This document shows, piece after piece, positions 53,730 to 62,939 of a DNA stretch of 64,000 nt. The stretch is taken from the NCBI GenBank assembly GCA_030650025.1, contig JAUSEN010000005.1:3631-67630 (forward strand), read 5' to 3'. A model generated the notes under the pieces. That model was given only the letters and a program-made list of their open reading frames with translations, had not been told where the DNA came from and did not search any database. This stretch comes from Candidatus Magasanikiibacteriota bacterium (GTDB lineage: Bacteria > Patescibacteriota > Patescibacteriia > Magasanikbacterales > GWA2-37-8). Within the stretch, counting starts at the first letter, position 1. Each line of letters begins with the position of its first letter. Made by a program: the position numbers and the translations under genes.

Positions 53730-53975
53730 TTATGATTGTAGCGAAATAGTAGTCCTTTTTACAATTATCCCAGTTTTCCTTTTAGATTTTACAAATGGCA
53801 CCGGCTACGGCTTGTGCATGAGAAATCTCTCCACTTCGTTACTTCAGAATGCGATCGGCTAAGGTTTGCCGCAGAGCAAGGATGAAGTGAGAAAATGAAG
53901 ATACTCGGTGCAATGTGTTAGCGCGCTCAAGACGCGGAATACGATTCAACCCCAAGAGTATTCAAGGGGTGGTTT
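53730..53975 (+). ncRNA. Candidate ~240-nt non-coding transcript (orphan promoter to a weak hairpin+T region)
   Basis: No ORF above 15 codons. Ends near ccccaagagtattcaagggg followed by tggtttcggtttcc, which is convergent with the 3' end of the TrmB gene. Purely positional inference. Confidence 0.2.
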
Positions 53976-54741
53976 CGGTTTCCATGGGGCGGCTAATACT
54001 CCAGAGCAAATTAAATAGTTGCAACATCATTTGAGACAAGACCGGGCTAGTTATGACCACCGCGGTGCCTTCGGCGCGAGTAGTAAAGATGGCCACGGTT
54101 TGCTTCCAGAAAAATATTGAGGCTTCAAAAGTTAATTCGCGTGGCAAGAATTTGGCCTCGCGCAGTTCGCGTTGATGAGAGGCTCGCGAATATTTTTTTA
54201 TTTCCTCGACCTCGACGCGCAGGCTTTTCAGGCTAATATTTTTTTCCACACGGCGTTTGGTAAAATGGTACTTCTCGCCTAAAATATCCTGAATTTGGCG
54301 CGGAGCGACTATTTCGTAAACCGTGACTGGTTTGGCCGCGAACAAATCATCAAAAATATCGTTGAATCTTTCCCGATAGTAAATTTTAACCGCCGCCTCG
54401 GTAGTATGCTCTTTTTTTAGCGTTTCTAAAAGAGGCACGATTTTTTGGATTTCTTCCAATTTTTTTTCTAAGATTTTTTTAAGATGTTTCGGTTCATGCG
54501 CCGTATAAATATGGCGGGAGGCATGTTTGGTAGCAAAAACTAGTCCGTCGTTATATAGACGCTTAATAATAGACTCGGCGGTGGTGGGGCGGAGCCTGGC
54601 TTTTCTCGCGAGAGGGGTTGTGGTGCTGGGGCCGAGGCTAAGAAGAGCGAGGTAAACCAGCTGTTCTTTGTCTCTAAGCCCAAATGACGATAACACTTCG
54701 GTTATTTCTTGTTTTTGGGCGACAGATAAAGGCATGGACAA
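53962..54741 (-). CDS. TrmB-family transcriptional regulator, paralog 4
   Basis: N-terminus LRDKEQLVYLALLSLGPSTTTPLARKARLRPTTAESIIKRLYNDGLV. Confidence 0.6.
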   Translation of the reverse strand: MSMPLSVAQKQEITEVLSSFGLRDKEQLVYLALLSLGPSTTTPLARKARLRPTTAESIIKRLYNDGLVFATKHASRHIYTAHEPKHLKKILEKKLEEIQKIVPLLETLKKEHTTEAAVKIYYRERFNDIFDDLFAAKPVTVYEIVAPRQIQDILGEKYHFTKRRVEKNISLKSLRVEVEEIKKYSRASHQRELREAKFLPRELTFEASIFFWKQTVAIFTTRAEGTAVVITSPVLSQMMLQLFNLLWSISRPMETETTP

Positions 54742-54933
54742 TTATTTAAGTAGTATCTACGAGATTTTTCGTAGTTATTAAACACTAAATATAGCCTTAT
54801 TTTAGCGTTAATTTTTTAGTTAGTCAAGTTATCCACATATTTTCATGGAGAAGTTATTTGGGGAATTGTAAAGTACAGGCGTAATCGGTTACAGCGTTCT
54901 TTACAACCAAACACCAAACCAAGGAGAAGACCA

Positions 54934-55434
54934 GTGAAAAATAAGAAGAAGGTGGAGCGCTCGGGAAAGATCATTCGGACGGTTGACGTGGTGCTGTCCG
55001 ATGAGAAGCGCGTGCTTCTGATTCGGCGGGCGAAGCCGCCGTTCCTGGACAAGCTCGTTCTCCCGGGTGGCCACAAGGAAAAGGCTGACCGGACCATGAT
55101 CGCGGCGGCTCAGCGCGAGATGCGCGAGGAGGTGGGGCTCGAAATCGACGCCGGTCGGTTCCAGTTCCTTTGCACGCTCGATACGCCCGGGCGAGATCCG
55201 CGCCCGGGGAGGAGGGTGTCAACGGTGTTCTACGTCGAGCTCAAGCCCGAGGAGCTCGACCGGGCCAAGGCGGGTGATGACGCCGCCGAAGTCATTCTGC
55301 ACGAAACGGAGAATTCGCTCGACAGCGAGACGCTCGGGTTCGATCACTTCGACGCGATCGCCACCTATTACAACTACCGAAACTTGCTCGATTCGTTCGA
55401 AGAAGATGACGGCTGGCCCGGTACCATCTTCTAG
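54934..55434 (+). CDS. NUDIX hydrolase (GC-rich gene)
   Basis: GTG start 7 nt after AAGGAGA. Nudix box GGHKEKADRTMIAAAQREMREEVGLEI. GC visibly above the flanks. Confidence 0.75.
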   Translation: MKNKKKVERSGKIIRTVDVVLSDEKRVLLIRRAKPPFLDKLVLPGGHKEKADRTMIAAAQREMREEVGLEIDAGRFQFLCTLDTPGRDPRPGRRVSTVFYVELKPEELDRAKAGDDAAEVILHETENSLDSETLGFDHFDAIATYYNYRNLLDSFEEDDGWPGTIF

Positions 55435-55569
55435 TTCTAGAAAATTGTTCTTTTTTAGCCTCCCCGAGCGGCTTATAATAGCTCGGGACTAAACAAAGTG
55501 CATTTTGTCAGAACAAAAAACTTCGGTTTGAAAGCCGATGGTTTTTTGATTATAAATATTTTTAAATTT

Positions 55570-56865
55570 TTAATATCTGTAATGATCAGGTTTGAAGGGA
55601 CCGTTTTGGCCAAGGCCTAGATAGCTGGCCTGTTTTTTGGTAAGTTTAGTTAGTTTAACGCCAAGTTTTGGCAGATGTAAGCGCGCCACTTCTTCGTCTA
55701 GTTCTTTGGGCAAAACATACACCCAACCATTTTTATATTCGCCTTTATTGTTCCAAATGGCGAGCTGGGCGAGAACTTGGTTGGTAAAGCTGGTGGACAT
55801 GACAAAACTGGGGTGGCCGTGGGCATTGCCGAGGTTAACGAGGCGGCCGCGCGAGAGCAAAATTATACATTTACCATTTGGCCACGTAAATTTGTCTACC
55901 TGCGGTTTAATATTTTCTTCTTTGATTTTTTTGTCCGCGGTAAGAGTAGCGACGTCGATTTCGCTATCAAAGTGCCCAATGTTGCAGACAATGGCCCCAT
56001 CTTTCATAGCATCCAGGTGTTTTTTGGTGATGACGTCGCAACAGCCGGTGGCAGTAACAAAAATGTCAGCTATTCCCGCGACTTCTTCCATTGATAAGAC
56101 TTCGTAGCCTTCCATGGCCGCTTGGAGCGCGTTGATGGGGTCAATTTCGGTAACAATGACGCGGGCGCCATAGCCGCGCATACTTTGCGCGCAGCCTTTA
56201 CCCACGTCACCAAAGCCTGCGATGACTATGGTTTTGCCAGCGAGCATAATGTCCGTGGCGCGCTTGAGTCCGTCTGCTAAACTTTCGCGACAACCGTATT
56301 TATTGTCGAATTTAGATTTAGTAACCGAGTCATTGACGTTAATGGCCACGGTGCCGAGAGTCTTTTTTTCCATCATTTGATACAGGCGATGTACGCCAGT
56401 AGTAGTTTCTTCGGATACGCCTTTGATTTCTTTTAGCATCTTGGGGTGTTTTTCGTGGACAAGTACGGTGAGGTCGCCGCCGTCATCCAGCAATAAATTA
56501 GGGCCTTTTCCGCCCGCGAATTTAAGCGACTCTTCCACGCACCACCAATACTCTTTTTCCGTTTCGCCCTTCCAGGCGAACACCGGAATGCCGGCTTTGG
56601 CCACGGCGGCCGCGGCTTCGTCTTGGGTGGAAAAAATATTGCACGAAGACCAACGGACTTCGGCGCCGAGCGCAACTAGAGTTTCAATTAAAACCGCGGT
56701 TTGAGTAGTCATGTGGAGGCACCCGGCAATGCGCGCCCCGGCGAGGGGCTTTTGATCGCTATATTTTTTGCGTAGGCTCATGAGGCCCGGCATTTCTTTT
56801 TCAGCGAGAATAATTTGTTTGCGCCCAGCGGCGGCCAATTTTATATCGGCAACTTTGTAGCTCAT
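55570..56865 (-). CDS. ahcY: Adenosylhomocysteinase
   Basis: 431 aa. N-terminal [27 protein letters not shown] and the NAD-binding [12 protein letters not shown] motif. Confidence 0.9.
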   Translation of the reverse strand: MSYKVADIKLAAAGRKQIILAEKEMPGLMSLRKKYSDQKPLAGARIAGCLHMTTQTAVLIETLVALGAEVRWSSCNIFSTQDEAAAAVAKAGIPVFAWKGETEKEYWWCVEESLKFAGGKGPNLLLDDGGDLTVLVHEKHPKMLKEIKGVSEETTTGVHRLYQMMEKKTLGTVAINVNDSVTKSKFDNKYGCRESLADGLKRATDIMLAGKTIVIAGFGDVGKGCAQSMRGYGARVIVTEIDPINALQAAMEGYEVLSMEEVAGIADIFVTATGCCDVITKKHLDAMKDGAIVCNIGHFDSEIDVATLTADKKIKEENIKPQVDKFTWPNGKCIILLSRGRLVNLGNAHGHPSFVMSTSFTNQVLAQLAIWNNKGEYKNGWVYVLPKELDEEVARLHLPKLGVKLTKLTKKQASYLGLGQNGPFKPDHYRY

Positions 56866-56972
56866 AGTTTTTATTTTTTAATCTTTAAATGACCAGCATC
56901 CAGTAGTTTTTGCATATCTGTTATTGATAAATAATTGGTCATAGGTTGATTTGTTTATTCTTTTTGCCGCAC

Positions 56973-57413
56973 TTATCCTTGTTTCGCTCGCCAATCTTCC
57001 AGTAAATCTTTAGGCAAAACAATTTTGAGACCCCAGAGCTGGCATTGTTGTTTTACTTTTGGCGTGTGAAAATCTTTTCTATCTAGCGTGCATAGCGCCT
57101 CGGCGGAGCAGAACAGGGCGGCGGCCAGGATGGGCGCGTCTTTTAACGGCATCAAGTTGTGCGCGTGTTGAATAAGTCCAGTACTCGGTGGGTGAACCAC
57201 CGTAAGTAGCGGGCTCGTGATAAGCGCGCTAAACTCTTCGCGCTTGGCCGGGAGTTTGGTAGCAACATTAATCCGGGCCTCGGCAATGGCATAGGCGCTG
57301 GTTACCAATTGCCAGCGGGCGTCTTTTTCGGCCACGCGCCACAGATATCGTGAGCCACCACTCTCGCTGCCAGCGGCGGCCACTAAAATGTTGGCGTCAA
57401 GAAAAATTTTCAC
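56973..57413 (-). CDS. vapC: PIN-domain toxin (VapC-like)
   Basis: MKIFLDANILVAAAGSESGGSRY... Acidic residues at PIN positions. 4 nt downstream of the RHH antitoxin. Confidence 0.7.
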   Translation of the reverse strand: MKIFLDANILVAAAGSESGGSRYLWRVAEKDARWQLVTSAYAIAEARINVATKLPAKREEFSALITSPLLTVVHPPSTGLIQHAHNLMPLKDAPILAAALFCSAEALCTLDRKDFHTPKVKQQCQLWGLKIVLPKDLLEDWRAKQG

Positions 57414-57417
57414 ACGT

Positions 57418-57651
57418 TTATTTCAAAAGACGGTCCAAGTCACGCTTTAAGCCGGTCGGCAGAGCGTCTTTTTTAAGCAATCGGCCAATTTCTGCGTTTG
57501 AATACAACGCCGCCTCGGTGTTGGTGTAGAATGTAAATGAGTCGCGGAGCAGCCCAGAAACGCTGGTGCGGCGGCGGTTAGCTTCGTTTTTAAGGCGCCG
57601 AAAGAACGGCCGGGGAACGGTGATGGTGAGCGGTTGAAAAGCACTTTGCAT
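57418..57651 (-). CDS. vapB: Ribbon-helix-helix antitoxin (VapB/CopG-like)
   Basis: 77 aa. LTITVPRPFFRRLKNEANRRRTSVSGLLRDSF is an RHH motif. Confidence 0.6.
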   Translation of the reverse strand: MQSAFQPLTITVPRPFFRRLKNEANRRRTSVSGLLRDSFTFYTNTEAALYSNAEIGRLLKKDALPTGLKRDLDRLLK

Positions 57652-57727
57652 AAGAATAAATGACTATGTATTGAATATGTATTTATTATAGTTTAATTAG
57701 TGGGAGTTGTCAAGGGTAAACGCCTGG

Positions 57728-58672
57728 TTACAATCCCAATTTCTCTCCATACGTTTTTTCGTAGCGTTCGGCAAATTCAATCTTAGTAAACGTGTGCGCC
57801 TGGGTGCCGTAGGTTTCAATTGCGAAGCTGGCCGCCACTGCCCCCATTTGGCCGCAGGTTTTAAGCGGAAGAGAGTGTTCATAACCAGCGCAGAACCCGG
57901 CGCGGTAGGCATCGCCAGCGCCGGTGGGGTCGTCCACGGAATTTGGTTTACAAGGAGCAATGGCGATAATTTGGCCATCTTGTGTAGATATGACGGAGCC
58001 TTTGGCGCCGAGCGTGGTAATAATTAGGTCCGATGATTTTAAAATATCAGCTGTGGTTAGGCCGCTTTGTTTTTCGAGAAGCCTAATTTCGTAATCGTTC
58101 CCAATCACTATATTAGCCTGCCCTAAGCAGGCGGTAAGTTCTTCAGATTTGAAAGCGGTCAATTGTTGGCCGGGGTCAAATACAGTGGTCCAGCCCAAGG
58201 AGCGGCTCTCGCGCAAGTGTTTTATCATCACATCTTTGTTAGTGGGCGATATTAAAGCCAAGGTAACAGATTTTTGGAGCGGTCGAAAGTCCAAGCTGGC
58301 CGCTAAATCGAGCGGGCCGTTATAAAAAGCGGTTACTTGATTGTCGTCGATGTCGGTCGTGATATAGGCCGAAGCAGTCAGGCGCGCGCTGTCTTTTAAA
58401 ATATATTCCGTATTGATGTTTTTAGTTCGCAGATGCGCCAGGTATTCGCGGCTGTCACTCCCGAGCGCGGAAGCAATTAAAACCTCGTTCCCGAGGAGGC
58501 TTAAAGTATAGGCAATATTACCGGCGGTACCGCCCCAGCTTTTGGCCAGTTTATCCACAGTAAAGCAGACATTAAGAATATGGATTTGGTCCGGTAAAAT
58601 GTGATTTTTGAATGAATCGGGAAAATTCATTATATAATCGTAGGCGAGAGACCCGGAAACTAATATAGCCAT
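57728..58672 (-). CDS. PfkB-family carbohydrate/nucleoside kinase
   Basis: N-terminal di-Gly region GGTAGNIAYTL and C-terminal TGAGDAYRAGF motif. Confidence 0.8.
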   Translation of the reverse strand: MAILVSGSLAYDYIMNFPDSFKNHILPDQIHILNVCFTVDKLAKSWGGTAGNIAYTLSLLGNEVLIASALGSDSREYLAHLRTKNINTEYILKDSARLTASAYITTDIDDNQVTAFYNGPLDLAASLDFRPLQKSVTLALISPTNKDVMIKHLRESRSLGWTTVFDPGQQLTAFKSEELTACLGQANIVIGNDYEIRLLEKQSGLTTADILKSSDLIITTLGAKGSVISTQDGQIIAIAPCKPNSVDDPTGAGDAYRAGFCAGYEHSLPLKTCGQMGAVAASFAIETYGTQAHTFTKIEFAERYEKTYGEKLGL

Positions 58673-58732
58673 AGAAGTGTATTAAGTAAAGCAGGGTGAT
58701 TGTAACAGAAAAACGGTTAGAATGTCCACTGT

Positions 58733-59230
58733 TTGTTTATTCCTAGAGAGCAGGGTATAATAAAATATAGTCCAAACAATATTATGCTAGATGATATTTT
58801 TTATTTTTTATTGGGGGCTCTGGCTCTCTTAGGCATGCTGGTTTGGTTTTTAGTAAGAGAAATTAAGCGATTAAAGACGCATACGTTTAGCGGCATAGTG
58901 CGGGTAGGAGAGGGGAATGGAGAGCGCGTGGGGGCGTTGACGGCTAACTTGGACGTGGCTTTGGCAAAGCACCTGCCAAAGGGCCTGTATGTTTGCGAAA
59001 TTTTTATTGCCAAAAAGGCAGAGCGCGGAGTTTTGTATTACGGCTATAATTCAGTAACTAATAAAAATACTTTGGAGGTCCATGTGTTTGATTTTGTCGG
59101 TGATTTATATGGTAAATATTTAACAATTAAAACAAAACAATATCTGCGGGCTCCGAAACGGTTTGATACCATCGAGCGCTTGAGGGAGCAGATAAAAAAG
59201 GATTTGGTGCTGGCGAGAAAAATGGCGTAA
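58733..59230 (+). CDS. Riboflavin kinase domain protein (RibF C-terminal-domain type)
   Basis: GIVRVGEGNGERVGALTANLDV and the downstream E..V.DF motif. The start may be the internal Met at 58786. Confidence 0.65.
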   Translation: MFIPREQGIIKYSPNNIMLDDIFYFLLGALALLGMLVWFLVREIKRLKTHTFSGIVRVGEGNGERVGALTANLDVALAKHLPKGLYVCEIFIAKKAERGVLYYGYNSVTNKNTLEVHVFDFVGDLYGKYLTIKTKQYLRAPKRFDTIERLREQIKKDLVLARKMA

Positions 59231-59276
59231 AAAAATATCGGATATGTATCAACGTATTACTACGTTAATACAAATA

Positions 59277-59546
59277 TTAATTCATCTTATATAGTTGGCT
59301 GTGGGTGCCAATCATGCGGAAGTAAACCATCGCTCTACCACTATGCTCTTCAAAGATAGCCCGCCAGTCGCCGGTAACATTGATACTACGACAACCACGG
59401 TATTGACCGGTAAGCGGATGATTTCTCAAGAGCGGGTGAAATTTTTCGGTGAGAAAAAGGCGCACACGTTTTTTAAATGCCGCCTGGATGCCTGACGGAG
59501 CTTTGTCATATTCTTTAAGGAAACGGCGTGAATATTCAATGCGCAT
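59277..59546 (-). CDS. RelE/ParE-family toxin
   Basis: 89 aa. MRIEYSRRFLKEYDKAPSGIQAAFKKRVRLFLTEKFHPLLRNHPLTGQYRGCRSINVTGDWRAIFE is a RelE-fold pattern. Overlaps the upstream antitoxin gene by 11 nt. Confidence 0.7.
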   Translation of the reverse strand: MRIEYSRRFLKEYDKAPSGIQAAFKKRVRLFLTEKFHPLLRNHPLTGQYRGCRSINVTGDWRAIFEEHSGRAMVYFRMIGTHSQLYKMN

Positions 59547-59838
59547 AGCGGCGTTTTTTGGATTTTAGAGTGTCCAAAAATTTAAGCGCCTCTTCTGGGT
59601 CGTCAAAACCAATCGTCCGGCCTTTCCGCAGGTCTTCTTCTGATTCACGCAGGGCCGCGAGCAGGAACTCGCTGGGCTCTTCGGGGCGAGTGCTGACCGT
59701 AAAGGTTTCAGTGCGGATTAATTCTCGCAGGTAGCCGTTAATTACCACGCTTAAATTAAGCCCTAGGCGAGAGGCCACTTGTTTGGCGCGGGATTTAACG
59801 CGCGGATCAACCTTGACGTTTAAAATAGTAGTAGCCAC
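59536..59838 (-). CDS. RelB/DinJ-like RHH antitoxin
   Basis: Probable GTG start: (M)ATTILNVKVDPRVKSRAKQVASRLGLNLSVVINGYLRELI. The ORF-track N-terminal extension to 59907 is hydrophobic junk. Confidence 0.55.
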   Translation of the reverse strand: MATTILNVKVDPRVKSRAKQVASRLGLNLSVVINGYLRELIRTETFTVSTRPEEPSEFLLAALRESEEDLRKGRTIGFDDPEEALKFLDTLKSKKRRYAH

Positions 59839-59962
59839 AGATGAGAAACTTAATAGTAAAATACAAAGTATATACTTAGTATATACTAGAAATCGGGCAA
59901 TTGTCAAGTGGCGTCACGTCAAATTATGCACCAAATTTAATGGACTCAAACGCGCCGGTAAT

Positions 59963-60427
59963 TTAGCGCTGCCACCAGTGGTGTTTAAACGGTTCGAGTT
60001 TAGCTCCAATAGTCATGGCCAAGGCAATAATGACGACGTTTTTAATAATGTACTGGCCTTCGAGGGTGGGGATAAATAAGCCGTGCCAAGTAAGAGAGGG
60101 AAGCAATATAAGCGGACTAATAATCATGAAAAGGTGTGGAATTAAGAGGGCAATGGCAATGCGCTCGCCTTTGGGGATAAGCCACAAAACGCCAATGAGC
60201 ATTTCGTATAAGCCAAAAAATATTATGAAGGTTGGAAATGATAATGATGACACAGTACGTTCAAGCAGGGCTTCCACCAAAGGGTTCGCTGGGCTCGTGC
60301 CAAAAATTTTTAAAACTCCAAACCAGAAATAGACAATAAAAAGCGCTAGACGCGTAATCGGCCCTTGGTATTGTTTGAGGTGGTTAATAATAGCGCGGTC
60401 GAGCAGAGTTATTTTATACGAGGCCAT
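59963..60427 (-). CDS. Hypothetical 4-TM membrane protein
   Basis: 154-aa ORF with four hydrophobic segments. Confidence 0.45.
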   Translation of the reverse strand: MASYKITLLDRAIINHLKQYQGPITRLALFIVYFWFGVLKIFGTSPANPLVEALLERTVSSLSFPTFIIFFGLYEMLIGVLWLIPKGERIAIALLIPHLFMIISPLILLPSLTWHGLFIPTLEGQYIIKNVVIIALAMTIGAKLEPFKHHWWQR

Positions 60428-60442
60428 AGTTGATCTAAAATA

Positions 60443-61066
60443 CTAAAAGCCCAGAATTTCTTTGACCAGAATTACTGTCAGGCGGTGGGGTTTGGTTTCT
60501 TTATTTAAAATAAAGAGTTTATTAATGGCGCTGCCCGGGAGATTGGCGGGAATATGGTAGGCAGAGTGGGCGCGAGCGCTTTCGAGCGGTAAAACATATT
60601 CGGAAATTCTTTTCCAACCGGTGTTTAAATCAGGTACGATTTTTTGGGCGCCGACAACCCACACTACATGCGCCGAGCCGCTTGCGTAAGCCGGTAGCTG
60701 TGAACCGCTTTGTGAAGCCACCATAATTTTACCGTCTTCTGTTATGGCGTGCACACTCCCCACAGCCCATTCGGGAGCGGCGCCGATTTTTAGTTTTTGT
60801 ATCGGGTCTGTGTCTTTAGGGAGGCCAGTGAGTGTTTGGCGTACCGAATTATAATTGCCCGAGTCGTTCAGGTCAGTAGCGAGGCCGATATTTTCCACGG
60901 TTTGGGAAGTCATAGTCATAACTTCGGCGCCGTGCGGAATAATTTCGAGCACCATGGCTTTGGCCGCCGCGCTATTCTTGACAATAAAAACATCCACGCC
61001 GTTACTCTCTAAAGCCGCGGCCGTGGTTTGAATTATTTTGTCGGTGGGAATCTTATCCCAGTCCAT
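60443..61066 (-). CDS. LUD-domain (LutC/DUF162-like) protein
   Basis: 207 aa. Alpha/beta pattern with GAAPEWAVGSVHAITEDGKIMVASQSGSQL typical of the LUD domain. Confidence 0.55.
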   Translation of the reverse strand: MDWDKIPTDKIIQTTAAALESNGVDVFIVKNSAAAKAMVLEIIPHGAEVMTMTSQTVENIGLATDLNDSGNYNSVRQTLTGLPKDTDPIQKLKIGAAPEWAVGSVHAITEDGKIMVASQSGSQLPAYASGSAHVVWVVGAQKIVPDLNTGWKRISEYVLPLESARAHSAYHIPANLPGSAINKLFILNKETKPHRLTVILVKEILGF

Positions 61067-61132
61067 AAAATATATTAGAGCAAAGCCATTGGAGCTGGCC
61101 GGTATTTTAGATGATTTTGTTTATTTCCGCAA

Positions 61133-61612
61133 TTATATATTTAAAAATTGTATTTTATTGCCACAATAATCTAGAAATTTTTTTAAATCCTCGCGTTTAA
61201 AAACTAGCGAGGCAGTGTTAATAAGCGGGTGGCAATTAATTTCGTCGTGTTTCCAGAGGTCGTTGTCTATTATAATTACCACTTCTTTATTAATATCATT
61301 AATAAGGCCAAGCAGAGTGACTGAGCCGGGAGTGACGCCCAGATATTTTTGCAAACGCTCGGGCGAGGCAAAACTTAAGTTGGACTCGTTTAACAGCGCG
61401 GCTAATTTTTTTAAGTCCGCGCGTTTCTCAATTTCGAGGCACACTAAATAATGTTTATCGCCCTTTTTGTTTTTGAGGAATAAATTTTTACTCGTGGCCC
61501 CGGGTACTTTGACGCCCAGGCGTAGTTCGTCCTCGTAGCTAAACACGGCCGGGTGGTCGTACTTGGTGTAGGGGACGTTGAGCTGTCTTAGCACTTCGTA
61601 AATATCCGGCAT
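61133..61612 (-). CDS. YbaK/ProX-type aminoacyl-tRNA deacylase
   Basis: 159 aa. GATSKNLFLKNKKGDKHYLVCLEIEKRADLKKLAALL...GVTPGSVTLLG motifs. Confidence 0.7.
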   Translation of the reverse strand: MPDIYEVLRQLNVPYTKYDHPAVFSYEDELRLGVKVPGATSKNLFLKNKKGDKHYLVCLEIEKRADLKKLAALLNESNLSFASPERLQKYLGVTPGSVTLLGLINDINKEVVIIIDNDLWKHDEINCHPLINTASLVFKREDLKKFLDYCGNKIQFLNI

Positions 61613-61642
61613 ATGATTTTATTAAATTTGTCAGTTACCGGG

Positions 61643-62209
61643 CTATCTAAATAATAATTTTTTTAATTTAGCCTTGGCCCGGGGGTTATACAAGGCTTCA
61701 AGCAGTTTGGCCTTCAGGCTTGGTTCGTGAAAATCAGGGTTTAGGCCGAGCAGGATAAATTCATTAAAAGATAGTTTTTTTACTTTAATTTTTTCGCCAG
61801 CGTCGAGCATGGGAGAAGTGGTTTGGTTGATGCCATCGGCAATAAAAATGCTAATTGTCCAGATTATTTTACTATAAGGCTGTTCGGCGTACCAAAGGCG
61901 CCAATGATTGGCAGTGTAGCCGGTTTCTTCTCGTAATTCGCGCTTAGCCGCGTTTAAGGGAGTTTCTTTTTGCTCGTGACGTCCGCCCGGAATTCCCAGA
62001 AAGGGTTTTTTGGTAGGTTGTTGTTCTTCTAGAATTAGTATTTTTTTGTCTTTGGTTATGGCAATAACCTGGACAGTGTCGGGGCGCTTGAGCTTTTCAA
62101 AAATTTCAGTTGAGCCATCAAACATTGTTTGGGGCCACTGGTAGACGTCAAAGATCACGCCTTTAAAGACGCGTTTAGCATTTTTAGGAAGCCCAGATTT
62201 TTTGGCCAT
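61643..62209 (-). CDS. NUDIX hydrolase
   Basis: Nudix box GIPGGRHEQKETPLNAAKRELREETGY. Confidence 0.75.
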   Translation of the reverse strand: MAKKSGLPKNAKRVFKGVIFDVYQWPQTMFDGSTEIFEKLKRPDTVQVIAITKDKKILILEEQQPTKKPFLGIPGGRHEQKETPLNAAKRELREETGYTANHWRLWYAEQPYSKIIWTISIFIADGINQTTSPMLDAGEKIKVKKLSFNEFILLGLNPDFHEPSLKAKLLEALYNPRAKAKLKKLLFR

Positions 62210-62320
62210 AGTGATTTCATTTTATCTGTTTATACGGTCGTTGGCAAGCGGAGAGACCCCGCTACTTGAGGGCGGGGTAAACTTGATTTTTCTTCAGAGA
62301 TCTGGTATTTTAGAGCAGTT

Positions 62321-62400
62321 ATATATGGAGAGGTGGCGCACGCGCACACCGAATTAGATTACACATGGAGAGGTGGCGCACGCGCACACCGAATTAGATT
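62321..62400 (+). repeat. Two tandem 40-bp repeats, each duplicating the first ~12 nt of tRNA-Ser plus upstream -10-like sequence
   Basis: a(t/c)atggagaggtggcgcacgcgcacaccgaattagatt repeated twice, then a third copy of acatggagaggtg continues into the intact tRNA. Confidence 0.8.
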
Positions 62401-62406
62401 ATACAT

Positions 62407-62491
62407 GGAGAGGTGTCTGAGTGGTTTAAAGTACCGCTCTCGAAAAGCGGAGTACCGCAAGGTACCGTGAGTTCGAATCTCACCCTCTCCG
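62407..62491 (+). tRNA. tRNA-Ser (anticodon CGA)
   Basis: GGAGAGGTGTCTGAGTGGTTTAAAGTACCGCTCTCGAAAAGCGGAGTACCGCAAGGTACCGTGAGTTCGAATCTCACCCTCTCCG. Long variable arm, anticodon loop CTCGAAA. Confidence 0.8.
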
Positions 62492-62492
62492 C

Positions 62493-62939
62493 ATGCGACT
62501 TAGACTTCTAAAGAAATCAGATATTCCCGCGGCCGTAGCTATTATCCGGCAAAATTTTTCGCGTGAATTCGCGCGCCGCGCCCGGCGAGAACTAGCTGAT
62601 ATGTTTGGTTCGGCCGCTATTAAACCAATCTATATTGTTGCCGAAGAGGCCGGCCAAATCGTGGGCTTAGTTGCTTATATGCAGTCGTGGATGGATTATG
62701 ATGTTTATGAAATTTTTTGGGTCAACGTGCACCCCAGCTACCTAAAACGAAGCATTGGCAAGCGGCTGGTACAGGCTGCTATTAGGCAAATAAAAAAACA
62801 GCGCGGTGCGGCGCTGATACTTTTAACGGCGCGGGCGGTGGCTGGTTTACCTGTTTTTTATCAGAAACAATTTGGCTTTAAAACCGTGCAGAAATTTTCT
62901 AATCGTAAGTACCACCTAATGGCCGCTTCTGTTTTTTGA
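62493..62939 (+). CDS. GNAT-family N-acetyltransferase
   Basis: IVGLVAYMQSWMDYDVYEIFWVNVHPSYLKRSIGKRLVQAAIRQIKKQRGAALILLTAR has acetyl-CoA-binding motif A. Confidence 0.7.
   Translation: MRLRLLKKSDIPAAVAIIRQNFSREFARRARRELADMFGSAAIKPIYIVAEEAGQIVGLVAYMQSWMDYDVYEIFWVNVHPSYLKRSIGKRLVQAAIRQIKKQRGAALILLTARAVAGLPVFYQKQFGFKTVQKFSNRKYHLMAASVF

Noticed and set aside
62321-62400. Tandem 40-bp repeats as a possible CRISPR array
   Set aside because: Only two or three units, with no spacers of unique sequence between repeats. The units share sequence with the tRNA 5' end, and there are no cas genes in the window.
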